NCBI GenBank assembly: GCA_002633005.1
Contig: NMRA01000588.1
Location: 198,302 to 262,301 of the forward strand
Length of the DNA: 64,000 nt
Direction of reading: 5' to 3'
Source: Phoronis australis
Lineage: Eukaryota > Animalia > Phoronida
How positions within the stretch are numbered: the first letter of the stretch is position 1; each line of letters starts with the position of its first letter. The translations under genes were made by a program, and so were the position numbers. Of the stretch, positions 1 to 12,100 are shown piece by piece. The notes below the pieces were generated by a model that ran no database searches, was not told the origin of the DNA, and saw only the letters and a program-made list of their open reading frames with translations.

Positions 1-127
1 GGCACACTTAGCGCCACCAATGAGGAGTTGGAGGAACTACGCGCTCGCTACGAGGAGACACTGGAGAAACTTCACCAAGAGAGCCGTGCGAGGGAGCTGC
101 TCGCACTGGAGTTAAATAAAGCAGAAG
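1..127 (+). CDS. AKAP9: AKAP9/PCNT-like exon 1 in window (5' truncated)
   Basis: GTLSATNEELEELRARYEETLEKLHQESRARELLALELNKAE; donor GTATGT, phase 1. Confidence 0.9.
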
Positions 128-3100
128 GTATGTGGGTCGCTGTTGTGAGATAGCTGTGGAAATTTTTGTTGATCACAATCTTTTGTTCGTTTAGGTTCTG
201 TTGAAATGCAAGTGCTGGCCAGGAATGCTCTCATGTTGACCTGTAGCTCATCTTCCAACAGTTTATTTGAAATTTTGCTCTGAAGAGAAGTTGAGGAACT
301 GGCATATTGAGAAATGCAAGTTGGGGTCTAGCTATTGCCATGTTAATAAAAATGATATCTCAGACTTTTACTATGAAGCATTTAGTATATTATTATAGGG
401 TGGGTGGAGTAGCTTATCTTTAGCAAGAATGCGATGTAAATGTACAAGTTAGAATGCTTTTACATTGAACTAAATATTGGTAGATAATTGCCTGTGACTA
501 GCTTTGAAGTTCTTAATTTTATGATGAGTATTGTTTTTCGGGTCTATAATAACTGATAACAAGGGCCATACAAAGTGCATAGTGCTGAACCTCTGTATGT
601 CATGAACAGACTTAGAGAATCAGTTAGTGGTTTTGAGTACACACAACTTTAGGTCTGATTGAGGGATTCGAGGCAGAACGTCAGCAAACGATGACGACCA
701 TTCAAGAATTAGAAGAGAAGAAAGAAGACTTGGTCGTCCGCTATGAGCGCGCTCAACATCGACTCAGTGAATTAGAATCGTCGCAGCAGGAGATTGAGAC
801 TCTGAAGCAAGACCTGGATAGGCAACAGCAAGCTCTGTCGGAAAGTCTTGGACAGGAAGAACAAGGTATGTTTTTTGTGTGCCCAGTCGCTGTGTTGTGA
901 TGTGCAAGTTTGCTGTGCACTCCTTACAGTCACACGGTTACCCCTGTCTCAGTTGTTGAGCTGTCTTTCAGGTTCTTGAGCTCTCATTAGTTTAGCTATC
1001 CGTTTTGCTGCTTAAGTTTGACCTCAGCATGCCTTTAATGAAGCAGATTTTTTTAATTATCACATATTAACACTTTATTTTAACTCATTTTCTCTTACTG
1101 ATCTCGGAAAAATATCTAACGATTACGTAGCTCTTGCCATAGGTAATGCCATGCCTTCATTAGATGCAATTAAATTTATTAGAATCTGCGGCTATGACAA
1201 CGTGTGATATGTCTTCCACTGTTACCCATGAGATACAATGGTTTGCTACTTACTGTTCCTGTGATGATATTTAATGTGTACTGTCGAGTTATGTAACATA
1301 ATGTAATGCCATTTGATTAATATGTGACTGTATATCATTGGCAGCAAGCATGTGTCTGTAATTGCCCGTTCTGTTCACTGTCACCTTTCTGTTGTTTCCA
1401 TAGCCACAAAGCCAGCCAGTGGTCACGGTAGGTCGACCGGGTGTCCATTGGCCAGCTTTTAGCACCTGCATGCTTGATATTAAATGTGGATTGTGATCTG
1501 TGCCCACTCCTGTACNCGCTATGAGCGCGCTCAACATCGACTCGACGAATTAGAATCGTCGCAGCAGGAGATCGAGACTCTAAAGCAAGACCTGGATAGA
1601 CAACAGCAAGCTCTTTCGGAAAGTCTTGGACAGGAAGAACGAGGTATGTTTTTTGTGTGCCCAGTCGCTGTGTTGTGATGTGCAAGTTTGCTGTGCACTC
1701 CTTACAGTCACACGATTACCTCTGTCTCAGTTGTTGAGCTGTCTTTCAGGTTCTTGAGCTCTCACTAGTTTAGCTATCCGTTTTGCTGCTTAAGTTTGAC
1801 CTCAGCATGCCTTTAATGAAGCAGATTTTTTTAATTATCACATATTAACACTTTATTTTAACTCAATTTCTCTTACTGTTCTCGGAAAAATATCTAATGA
1901 TTACTTAGCTCTTGCCATAGGTAATGCCATGCCTTCATTAGATGCAATTAAATTTATTAGAATCTGTGTCTATGACAACGTGTGATATGTATTCCACTGT
2001 TACCCATGAGATACAACGGTTTGCTACTGTTCCTGTGATGATATTTAATGTGTACTGTCGAGTTATGTAACATAATGTAATGCCAGTTGATATATTTAAT
2101 ATGTGACTGTATATCCTTGGCAACAAGCATGTGTCTGTAATTGCCCGTTCTGTTCACTGTCACCTTTCTGTTGTTTCCATAGCCACAAAGCCAGCCAGTG
2201 GTCACGGTAGGTCCACCGGGTGTCCATTGGCCAGCTTTTAGCACCTGCATGCTTGATATTAAATGTGGATTGTGATCTGTGCCCACTCCTGTACTTGTTA
2301 GGTTTGATTGTCTGTTTTGGACGGGGTAATTATCTCAGTGTCTTCCTATGATGAAACATGTTTTTTGAAAATTTCTCTTCAAGTAAGTCGAAACTTTGAG
2401 GAGCATTGAATTTTTTCTTCCATGAACTTCAAAAACACAGTAAAGAATGTTCCATGCTGACGAAAAACTAAGATGTTTACTTTGAGACCATATTGATGGC
2501 TCTCTGCTGCTATTCAAAGTAACCTTAGAATTTTAAGGGATTGAACCCCAGGAGAGGTTCTATGGCACCACCAGGCATTTGAAGGGATTATTTATAATTA
2601 GATCAGAAATGCCTGTCTCTCAACTGAGTATCTTACATCAAACAAGTACTTTGGATTGCCATGGTCATTATCTACTGTGCTATTGTTATCACTTCCACAC
2701 ACTGATATTCATGTCACCGTTTCCAGTTTTGGTGTCAGTTTTAAGAGCTCGTTAAAATTGCTGCCGTTACAACGCCTGTTGTAAATAACAGAAACTTAAG
2801 AGGAAGATGGGGATAGTCATTTTACAGAGGGAGAGACCACTGTGTTAGTGGGGAAAATACTGCGTTGTATACATTGTATGGCAGTCAGCTTTGCTTCCTA
2901 ACTCCCCACAGAGAGTTGAGCAGTTTTCGGCATCCGCACAAGCAATGCACACACGGTGCTTTGATATTGTATTGTCCGTTTTCAGGTTTTCTTTTCTGTG
3001 TGGCAGCTTTGTTTTTGGCTCACTTTTTTCTTTTAATTTGAGTTGGTCTGTTATTGTGATTTAGTTACTATAATTGTTTTATTCAGCACACTTCTTAATT

Positions 3101-6100
3101 CAGGTACTTTGTGTGACTGAGTGAAGTGAGTGGATATAGTTCTGTGTTATTTGAATATAAATTATAACGTGCTGCTATTGTCAGACTTTTTATGCAGAAA
3201 TATAGTTGCAATGTTTTGTTGTCATGATTGTAATCAGTTCCATGTGAAAAATGCAATTTGAGAAAAATAAATTTGGCATAATCTGTTGTAATTTAGAACA
3301 AATTTTAGTTGACCACGATGTGAAATATGAATTTGTGTAACCCAATTCACAGAAAAAAATTCTTGTCCAGTGAAATTCTGTACAGTTTGCCACTTTCGGC
3401 CATCATGTGTCCATACTTCATGAAGTTGTCATACTCTCAAAATGTGGTGATACTCAGTATAATCAATACTAGCACTTGTCCTTCCGCTTCCAGAACTCCT
3501 GCGGGAGACGTCACAGCTTCGACAAGAGAAGACCGAAATTCAGAAACGTTTCAGCCGTGACACACAGGAGTACGAGGATCGCATTAAAGAGCTTGAGCTG
3601 ACGATCGATGAGTTGCACCGCCAGAATGATGAACTGGCGGATGAGAAGAGAACAGATGAGGATGACTTGAGGCAACAAGTAGAGGTGCTGGAGAAACAAC
3701 TGAAAGCTAGCAAGAAATTCATTGAGGTGATTTAGTAGAGAAATGGCTAGTGTTAATAATAGGTTGATCGGGATGATTCGGGTAGACAGAGCTAGCTTGG
3801 GATTCATTGGCTCGTTATGGTGGATTAGGGATTGACGGAGCTAGCAAGATTCATTCAATAGGTGGTTTGTTTTTATTTTGTGAAAGAGATGGAGCTTGCA
3901 AGATATTCATTGATCAGAAAAAGATGATTTAGTACCTGAGGGATATTGACAGAGCTAGCAAGAGATTCATTGCTGTGATTTAGTACACGAGGGATAGTCA
4001 AAGCTAGCTAATGATTTTAGTAGATTAGGATATTGAGAGCCAGTGAGGTTCGCTTAGGCGATTTAGGAAATGAGGTAGATTGGGTTAACAAGAGAGTTGT
4101 TGCCATGCTTTAGTACATTAGAAGTAAAGCTGACCTATATTTTACAGGAGCAAACTCAAGAGCGAGAACAGGAGCGAGAAGAATTCCAACGGGAGATAGA
4201 TCGCCTTGAGGGTACTCGCCAGAACCGCGAGCGGCAGGAAGAGAATGGATCTCGCCTCCAGGTGGAGGTGGAGTCACTGGAGGCGGAGCTACAGCACAAA
4301 GCCGACGCCCACAACGAGTCACTGAGGAAGACACAGTCTTTGGAGAGACAGCTAGCTACACAGACAGCTCGTGTTAAGGAACTGGAAGATTTGCTGATGC
4401 AACTTGAGAATGAGGCTGAACAGCATCTGCAGGCAGAGAGGCAACAAGTGGAGGTTAGATTATTGAGAGGTCGTTGGTTTGAATGCCAAGTACCAATTAT
4501 AGCAGATTAATGTGGCCTTCGTGACTATGGACTTCAGTGCCTGGTTGCATGAGACAGTCCCTAAGAGGGACTCATCGAAGTTCCCTACATTGACTACCTA
4601 TTTGCAGACTTGTGAAAACATCAATTGTCCTTTCTCTTGCTGTTTTAGATTCATAACTAAGTCAACTTTTGGCTTTGATAGAAATCGAGGGTGAAGTCAA
4701 CATTGAATTCTCAATATCATGGAAAATAAAGGATTTTTTCTTGCAACGCCCCAACTTAATTACTAAGTCTCTATTTGTTTCCATTGAACTCATGGCTAAG
4801 TGTTTAGATAAATTATATCATTAGTCAAAGAGGAGTTAGAAATTAAGATGAAAAATGATAGAAAAAATACATCTGTCAGCAAAGAACGACACAAATAGGT
4901 AAAAGATTAAGGGAACTTAGTGGAGTCCATATTCAAGTGAGACGGTTTCATATAACCGGGCACTGCAACCTCTCTCAGGATGAGCCTAATGATTATATGT
5001 ACATATGAAGAGGATATGGCTTGTCTTTGGCCCAAACCTGACATATAATTTGTTATTTGTTGTGAACAGTTTTGAAGAAAATTGGTTTGTTTTTCAGAAG
5101 CTTAAAGAAGCCGACGCTGCGTTGAAGGCTCACCAGGTGGAGCTAGAGAAGCTGCAAAAGGATGAAGTTCAGGTTAGTCCCAAAACTTATCATTTTTTAA
5201 ATGCAGTAATTGTTACTGATTTGTATACTTTCGTGGATGATCGTCTTGTTTAAGGGAAATTCTTTTTTTAATATCATTGAATGTATGCTCTCTCAGCAGT
5301 ATTTATGTCCGTAAACATTGTAAGCAGAAAATCTGTCCTTTGCTGTTTTTAGAAACTGAGAGACGCAGAGAGCAAGATTGTTGAAAAGGAGGCTCAACTG
5401 GACTCGTTTAAACAGGAGATGGAGGTTTGTGATTTGAACATTTTCCCCTGAAACTAAACCTTTGCTGTGGTGCTACTTACCTGTATCAGGGTCCAGGGCA
5501 TGTGTAGTGCAAGCATGTTACCCATGGGGGAAAAGAGGTCAGACTTTCTGGTGAATTTTCATCTTGTATGCTTAAACCCTGTGCTTTCCACCAAAATGTT
5601 CTAAAAATGATATTGTTTTCCTCGGCTCCAGGGAAGAATCGGGTAGGAAACAAAATTGGACACTCTCAGTTTCCGTGATCCTTTCTTGTTGAATGTGACC
5701 ATATTTCTCGAATACCATGAATGGTGTTTTGAGCTTTGAAATAACATTATTTGTTTATTTGTGTTCACGGATTCATACTGGGCTACCCATTAGACGTGCC
5801 TCTCCCCCTGGGTGATACATAGTGTGCACAAAATCTTTTTCCATGTTTTAAGGTGTGAGTGCTCTGTCAAGATGGCATTCATTTGACAGATGATTTCTAC
5901 AGTGCCAGTCCGTTCAATCAAAGGGTGTTTTGATTCATAATTACATGAGTGTCATTACACTCCTAGTCTTAACATGAAATATGGCTAAACATTTTTCTTT
6001 GGCCTTTAATGTAATTGTAGAAGTTGAACATATCAAGAGTGTAAAATGAAAGACAGTGCGGACATGGTAACTGTTTATTTATTTTGGCATGTCAATGAAA

Positions 6101-9100
6101 ATGTTCATAATTTCCTTAATAACCCGACATTGTGTTTTCTCATGTAAAAGATTTGTATTTAAGATAGCTGTTTGCAATGGGGATTTGTAGAATGTGAAAT
6201 GTTTGAGAGTTTTTAGGAACTTTGGATATTTCAACTCCTCAGAAATGCTGTTTTCCCATGATTGTTAAGGGCATTCAGTATAAAATTGTTGTTGGACGGA
6301 AGACTGTACAGAATTCTCTCAAAACTAAATTGTTAATTGATAAAAATCTATTACATTTTGCTCCTTGTTTTAACAAAGTAATAGGTTGGCATCTCTGCAC
6401 AATCAGTGCTGTGGTCTTGTCCTGACTCCGTTTAATCTTGCACGAAATCTGCTTGCTTGTCAGCTAATAATGTCATTAATGAATGTTTTGTTACCAAGGA
6501 GATGGCTCAGGAGAAAGATGCCCTTCACCACCAGGTGTGTGACCAGCTACTACAGCTGTCTGCGCTGAGGACAGAGATGGAGGCCAGTCGGCACCGGGGG
6601 CCCGCGGGCGATGCCCCGCCAAGAGAAGATCTCCTGCAACAACTGGAAGATGAAAGAGAGGCGGCCTCTCGCAAGTCATCTGAGGTACGAGAACATGCTT
6701 TGACGAAACTTAGTCGGTCATGTCAGATATCACCTGCCTTCACTGAAGTTCATAATAATTATTTTTTGTAGTTTTATATCATTGTCCAAAATATTATTTT
6801 GCCAAAAACGTTATGAAGAGTCTTCTTCATGTATTCTAATTAGGGATTGACAATTTAGAAAATGGTCTGCTTCGAATATTTGGATCAATATTTGTAGTGA
6901 ATAAATAAGACTTAGTGAATGATTAGCATATTGTATTGTCATTCTCAGACAAATTCTTTGTCCTGTTCGAGTTGTGTTTACTATGGAATAGCTTGCAAAC
7001 ATGTTGAATCATTCGTTTTACATTGGATTTTCATAATGCCTGCCAGTCAAGTGTTGAAAGTAATGTAAGATTTACGACCACTGACATACGCTAAAAAGTG
7101 AAATCATGGCGTGTCAGTATTCTGTAATTCTCGATTAAAAACAAGAAAACTGTTTTACTGATTATATTCATTTTCTTCCCAAAGATGAGCAGCCTGCACA
7201 TCAATTTCATGAATCAATTTTCAACACTTGCCATTATCAATAGTCTGGATTTAAAAACTGTGAGGCGTGTAATTAAAGGAAATTATGAATATTTAAATTT
7301 GTGAGATTTACTGCCAAGGTATGTTATAGTTCCAATTTGTTTGATCGGCTCTGTTTGCCCTCCTAGGCTGCTGAACTAGTTGATCAGTTAGAAGCCTTCC
7401 GTCAGCAGGCTGTTGAGAAGGAGGAGGAAGTTGAACAGTTGTCAGCCCAGATGGAGGTAATGAAGAAACAATACCAGTACCAGGCGGAAGAGAATGAGCG
7501 CCTCCTTCTGGAGTTGAGGCAGACTAACGAAGGTCTTACAGTAAGGGCGGCTTCTTTTTATGCGCCCACATATTTATATGTGGACGCATTATGCCGTCAT
7601 CTCTGTCCGTCCGTCCGTCCGTCCGGGCGGCGTCCGTCCGGCGTCCGGCGTCCGCTGCTCTATCTCCAAAACCCTTTGACATACGTTCATGAAATTTGGC
7701 ACATATGTTCCATTCATGAATGGGACGGCATGTGCGAACTTTCGGACGGATCCGACTACCGGTGTGCCCCCTAGTGGCAATTTTAGTTTTTTACGCTTAC
7801 CTTTGTATCTTCAAAAGTCCTGAACGGATTTTCATGAAATTTGGTATGTAGGCACCTAGTAGTGAGATGACGCTATCCTGCCGTTTTCGGATGGATTCGA
7901 CATAGTTTGCGCCACCTAGTGGCNAGGTGTGTGACCAGCTACTACAGCTGTCTGCGCTGAGGACAGAGATGGAGGCCAGTCGGCACCGGGGGCCCGCAGG
8001 CGATGCCCCGCCAAGAGAGGATCTCCTGCAACAACTGGAAGATGAAAGAGAGGCGGCCTCTCGCAAGTCATCTGAGGTACGAGAACATGCTTTGACGAAA
8101 CTTAGTCGGTCATGTCAGATATCACCTGACTTCACTGAAGTTCGTAATAATTATTAATTTTTTTGAAGTTTTATATCATTGTCCAAAAAATTATTTTGCC
8201 AAAAACATTATGAAGAGACTTCTTCATGTATTCTAATTAGGGATTGACAATTTAGAAAATGGTCTGATTCGAATATTTGGATCAATATTAAAATTTTGTG
8301 GTGAATAAATAAGACTTAGTGAATGATTAGCATATTGTATTGTCACTCTCAGACAAATTCTTTGTCCTGTTCGAGTTGTGTTTACTATGGAATAGCTTGC
8401 AAACATGTTGAATCATTTGTTTTACGTTGGATTTACCATTGCCTGCCACTCAAGTGTTGAAAGTAATGCAAGATCACGACCACTGACACATGCTAAAAAG
8501 TGAAATCATGGTGTGTCAGTATTCTGTAATTCTCGATTAAAAACAAGAAAACTTTTTAATCTGTTTTACTGATTATATTCATTTTCTTCCCAAAGATGAG
8601 CAGCCTGCACGTCAATTTCATGAATAAATTTTCAACACTTGCCATTATCAATAGTCTGGATTTAAAAACTGTGAGTCGTGTAATTAAAGGACATTATGAA
8701 TATTTTAATTTGTAAGATTTACTGCCAAGGTATTTGTTCGATCGGCTCTGTTTGCCCTCCTAGGCTGCTGAACTAGTTGATCAGTTAGAAGCCTTCCGTC
8801 AGCAGGCTGTTGAGAAGGAGGAGGAAGTTGAACAGTTGTCAGCCCAGATGGAGGTAATGAAGAAACAATACCAGTACCAGGCGGAAGAGAATGAGCGCCA
8901 CCTTCTGGAGTTGAGGCAGACTAACGAAGGTCTTACGGTAAGGGCGGCTTCTTTTTTGGTGTTTGTGGTGTCTCTTAGGTAGCCGGGAAGAGTTTTGTAT
9001 TGTAGGAAATATGTTATCACTTATTGCTATTCTTAATTGCTTCTTGGGTTGACGTGCCTTGAATATTAAGAAGTGGCTTATGTGGTAATCAGGAGTATTA

Positions 9101-12100
9101 TTATGGATTCGTTTTGTTGGTTCCTTAGTCACTCTAATCCTTTCGACTGCATGTCTATTGCACACTATGGTTCTCGTGTAATGTATTTTTTCATTGGGTA
9201 AAAACTTCACAGATTTGCTTAAAAACTATTTTGTTCTCTAATTACTCTACCAGTCTGAGAGTGCAAACAGGGTATGAATGATAAATAATCTACATAGTAC
9301 CCTTAGCTACCTAATGAGTATAAGTTAGGTTGTATTGGATTCCATAGTTTGTTTCCAAAAATATGGTAGATGCATTTTGTTCACTTGCATGCTAAGCAAA
9401 TACTTTCGAAAGTCACCGAGGAGAGAAATGATAACAAAAAATCAAATAGGTACGGCAATTTTTTCACTTATATCTCAACTTTTAATCACATACTCCAGGA
9501 AGAGATCAATGCCCTCAGAGTGCAAGCAGACCCTTCTCTACACCAGTTTGCCAACAGCCTGTTGGACGACAAGAATGCCGAGATCGAGCACTTGACCCAA
9601 GAATTGGAGCGTCTCCGGGGGGAAGTACAGCAGGTGAGTGGGAGGGTCTGGATAGAGGCCACTGAGAGGTGCTGGGGAGGTGACAGGGAGAGGCTAGTGG
9701 GACTGTGGGAGGGGTCATGAGGTTGCGCCCTGAGGTGCTGGGGAGGGCAGGCAGGGGACACAGGGAGGGGCTGGGGAAGGCACACTGGGAGGGATGTGGG
9801 GAAGGGACACTGGGAGGGTTAGGAAGTGGGCACTGGGAGGCCCTAACAACCAGAGTTGGATTGTCGATGCCACTGGGGAAATGTTTCTTAAGCAAGGGGC
9901 TGACGTGTGTAAGTGGCAGTGAAAACAACAGTCAGTGCTGCTTCTGTCTTGTTTTCAAAATCCTGTTATTTTTTATAATTTTAAAACGACTAGTTATTAA
10001 CTGTAACCTTCCGTAGTGGTCAGAGTGTCAAAGGCTCACAAATTTTATACAGAGTTGTCTCTAGCTTTTGAACTACTGATTAATTAGAATGATTGATCAA
10101 AGGCAATTATTTCCATTATCATCTGTTATCTGCTTTAGTTTATAGTTCTGAATACCACAAAGAGCAAGATTTCTGTTTTTGTGCGGTGAAATTCACCTTC
10201 AATAGCCAAATATGCTGTCGCATTCTTGTTCACTGTAATTTTGATTTGTCCAAATTCCAGTGTGTTAATTTATAAACCTTGTATTTCAACAGGCTGACCA
10301 ACTGCCAAAAGATCAGGCGGTAGCCATGACCACGGAGGACATGTCAGCACTTTTGCACGAACGAGAGGTTGAACTGGAGGCTCTCAAAGTTCAAAACGAC
10401 GCTCTTCGCGCTGAGGTTGATCACCTTAATGAGTTTCAGGTGCATGTTGTGACATAGCTATTTCTGCAACCTGTCAATCATTCATTTATTTTAAATCTTA
10501 ATGGCTTATTTATCGGGCTAATACTGAACTGCATGGTCGTTAGGTTGTGTAGAATCTGGCAAAATGTTACACATTGCGAGATTCAATTTTAGGACTTTGC
10601 TTTTAATTAATCCATGCTTACATGTGTGCACACTCACGCACACACATGTGCACAATCGTGCGCACACACCTGCATCCACATATCTTGTGGTTTCTTTTGA
10701 TTAAGAGATCTAATTCATGGCTAAACCACGCTGCCTCATCTTCAATCTGAGAAGTGATAACTGGAAATTAAAACATGTATCATGTCCTGTCTTTGGTCAC
10801 TGTTTGTCAGCTGAACTCAAAACCAATGAAAATTTATGACATCACATTCTCTGAACAAAATTTATTACGTTTCAATTAATTTATTTCAAGTACGTTATAT
10901 ACGACAAATTCAAATTTCACAGACCAGAGTCCCAGGTATCACTTGCATATACAGTGAGTGTTATAAATATACTGAAAATTTACACATTCTTTCAAAAGAA
11001 AATTAAACAAAATTGAAATACCCACTACAATTCAGAACGGCCTCCATGTCTGTTGACAAGATTGTTTTTGTCTTAGCCTTTTAATGTTTTGCATGAGTCG
11101 AAGTCTTGTTTGTTTCTTACTGTAAGTTGTACTTTTTTCATGTTGTTGTATTTTGTTGTCATGAAGTATTTAAGCTGTGGTAAGTGTCTTCATTGGAAAG
11201 CTGTCGTTGGAAGTTTTCCAATTTCATATTTTCCAACTGAAGCTTTATCTGTTTCTGTTTGGTACAGTTGCCAACTGATTTTTATTTTTCCTTCGCAATG
11301 TTTTTAGACTGTGGCGCGGAGTGACAGGATCAACCCGGAGGATTACTCAGATTTGGTACTCATAAATGTGATCCCTGAAACTCTGAAAATTTATCAACTT
11401 GCCTTGTTCTCTGTTCTAGCATCAAAATGCTTTGTTGGTGATCTGGGAATGTTGCCGTACAGGCCGCAAAAATTTGTCTGACAGGTCGTCGACTGGTCGA
11501 TTAATTTTTAACAGACCGGGTGTAGATTGCATATCTGATTACAGCTCTAACTTCAGTGCAGGCACTTGAATATTCCCATTAAAACAACTGTTGTCGTGCC
11601 TCATCCAGTAGTGTTTTCTGGTTTTCGCCAGTTTGCCTGATAATGAAACTGTGCTTTGTTGCATGCACAAATATTCAAAAATATGTCTCAGCATGTGTTC
11701 ATGGTTTGCTTGCTACTTCTTGTGGATTTCCAACCTAAACGACCAAACTCCTAGCAGTGTGTTGCTTGTCAAGTCAGAGTCTGGTACAAAACAGGTTGCT
11801 GACTCATTGACGACCATTCAGATGAAAATTCGTCACCTGTGCTGTTTGTAGTTTGACAAAAGGCATGGTGGAGTTTTCTGCCACATGTTTTGACTTGCTT
11901 TAAAAATTTCTTTTGGTGAACCCCTTTCTCTCAACCTCTGTATTGTTAATCCATGCCATTTTTAATAAATGGTTTTTCATGAGGGCAAACAAAATTGGTG
12001 CTATTTGCTTACAACTGTCTGAAGATTTTAAGAATGAAAGCCTTTTTTATACTAAAATTACTAACTTCTAGCCCTACTTTAACTTAGTTTCATTAGCTTA

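Larger units (their letters stand above)
6533..8956. repeat. n-joined pair (6533-7923 / 7925-~8956), likely haplotypes
   Basis: n at 7924; copies differ by a TE insertion at 7560. Confidence 0.85.
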
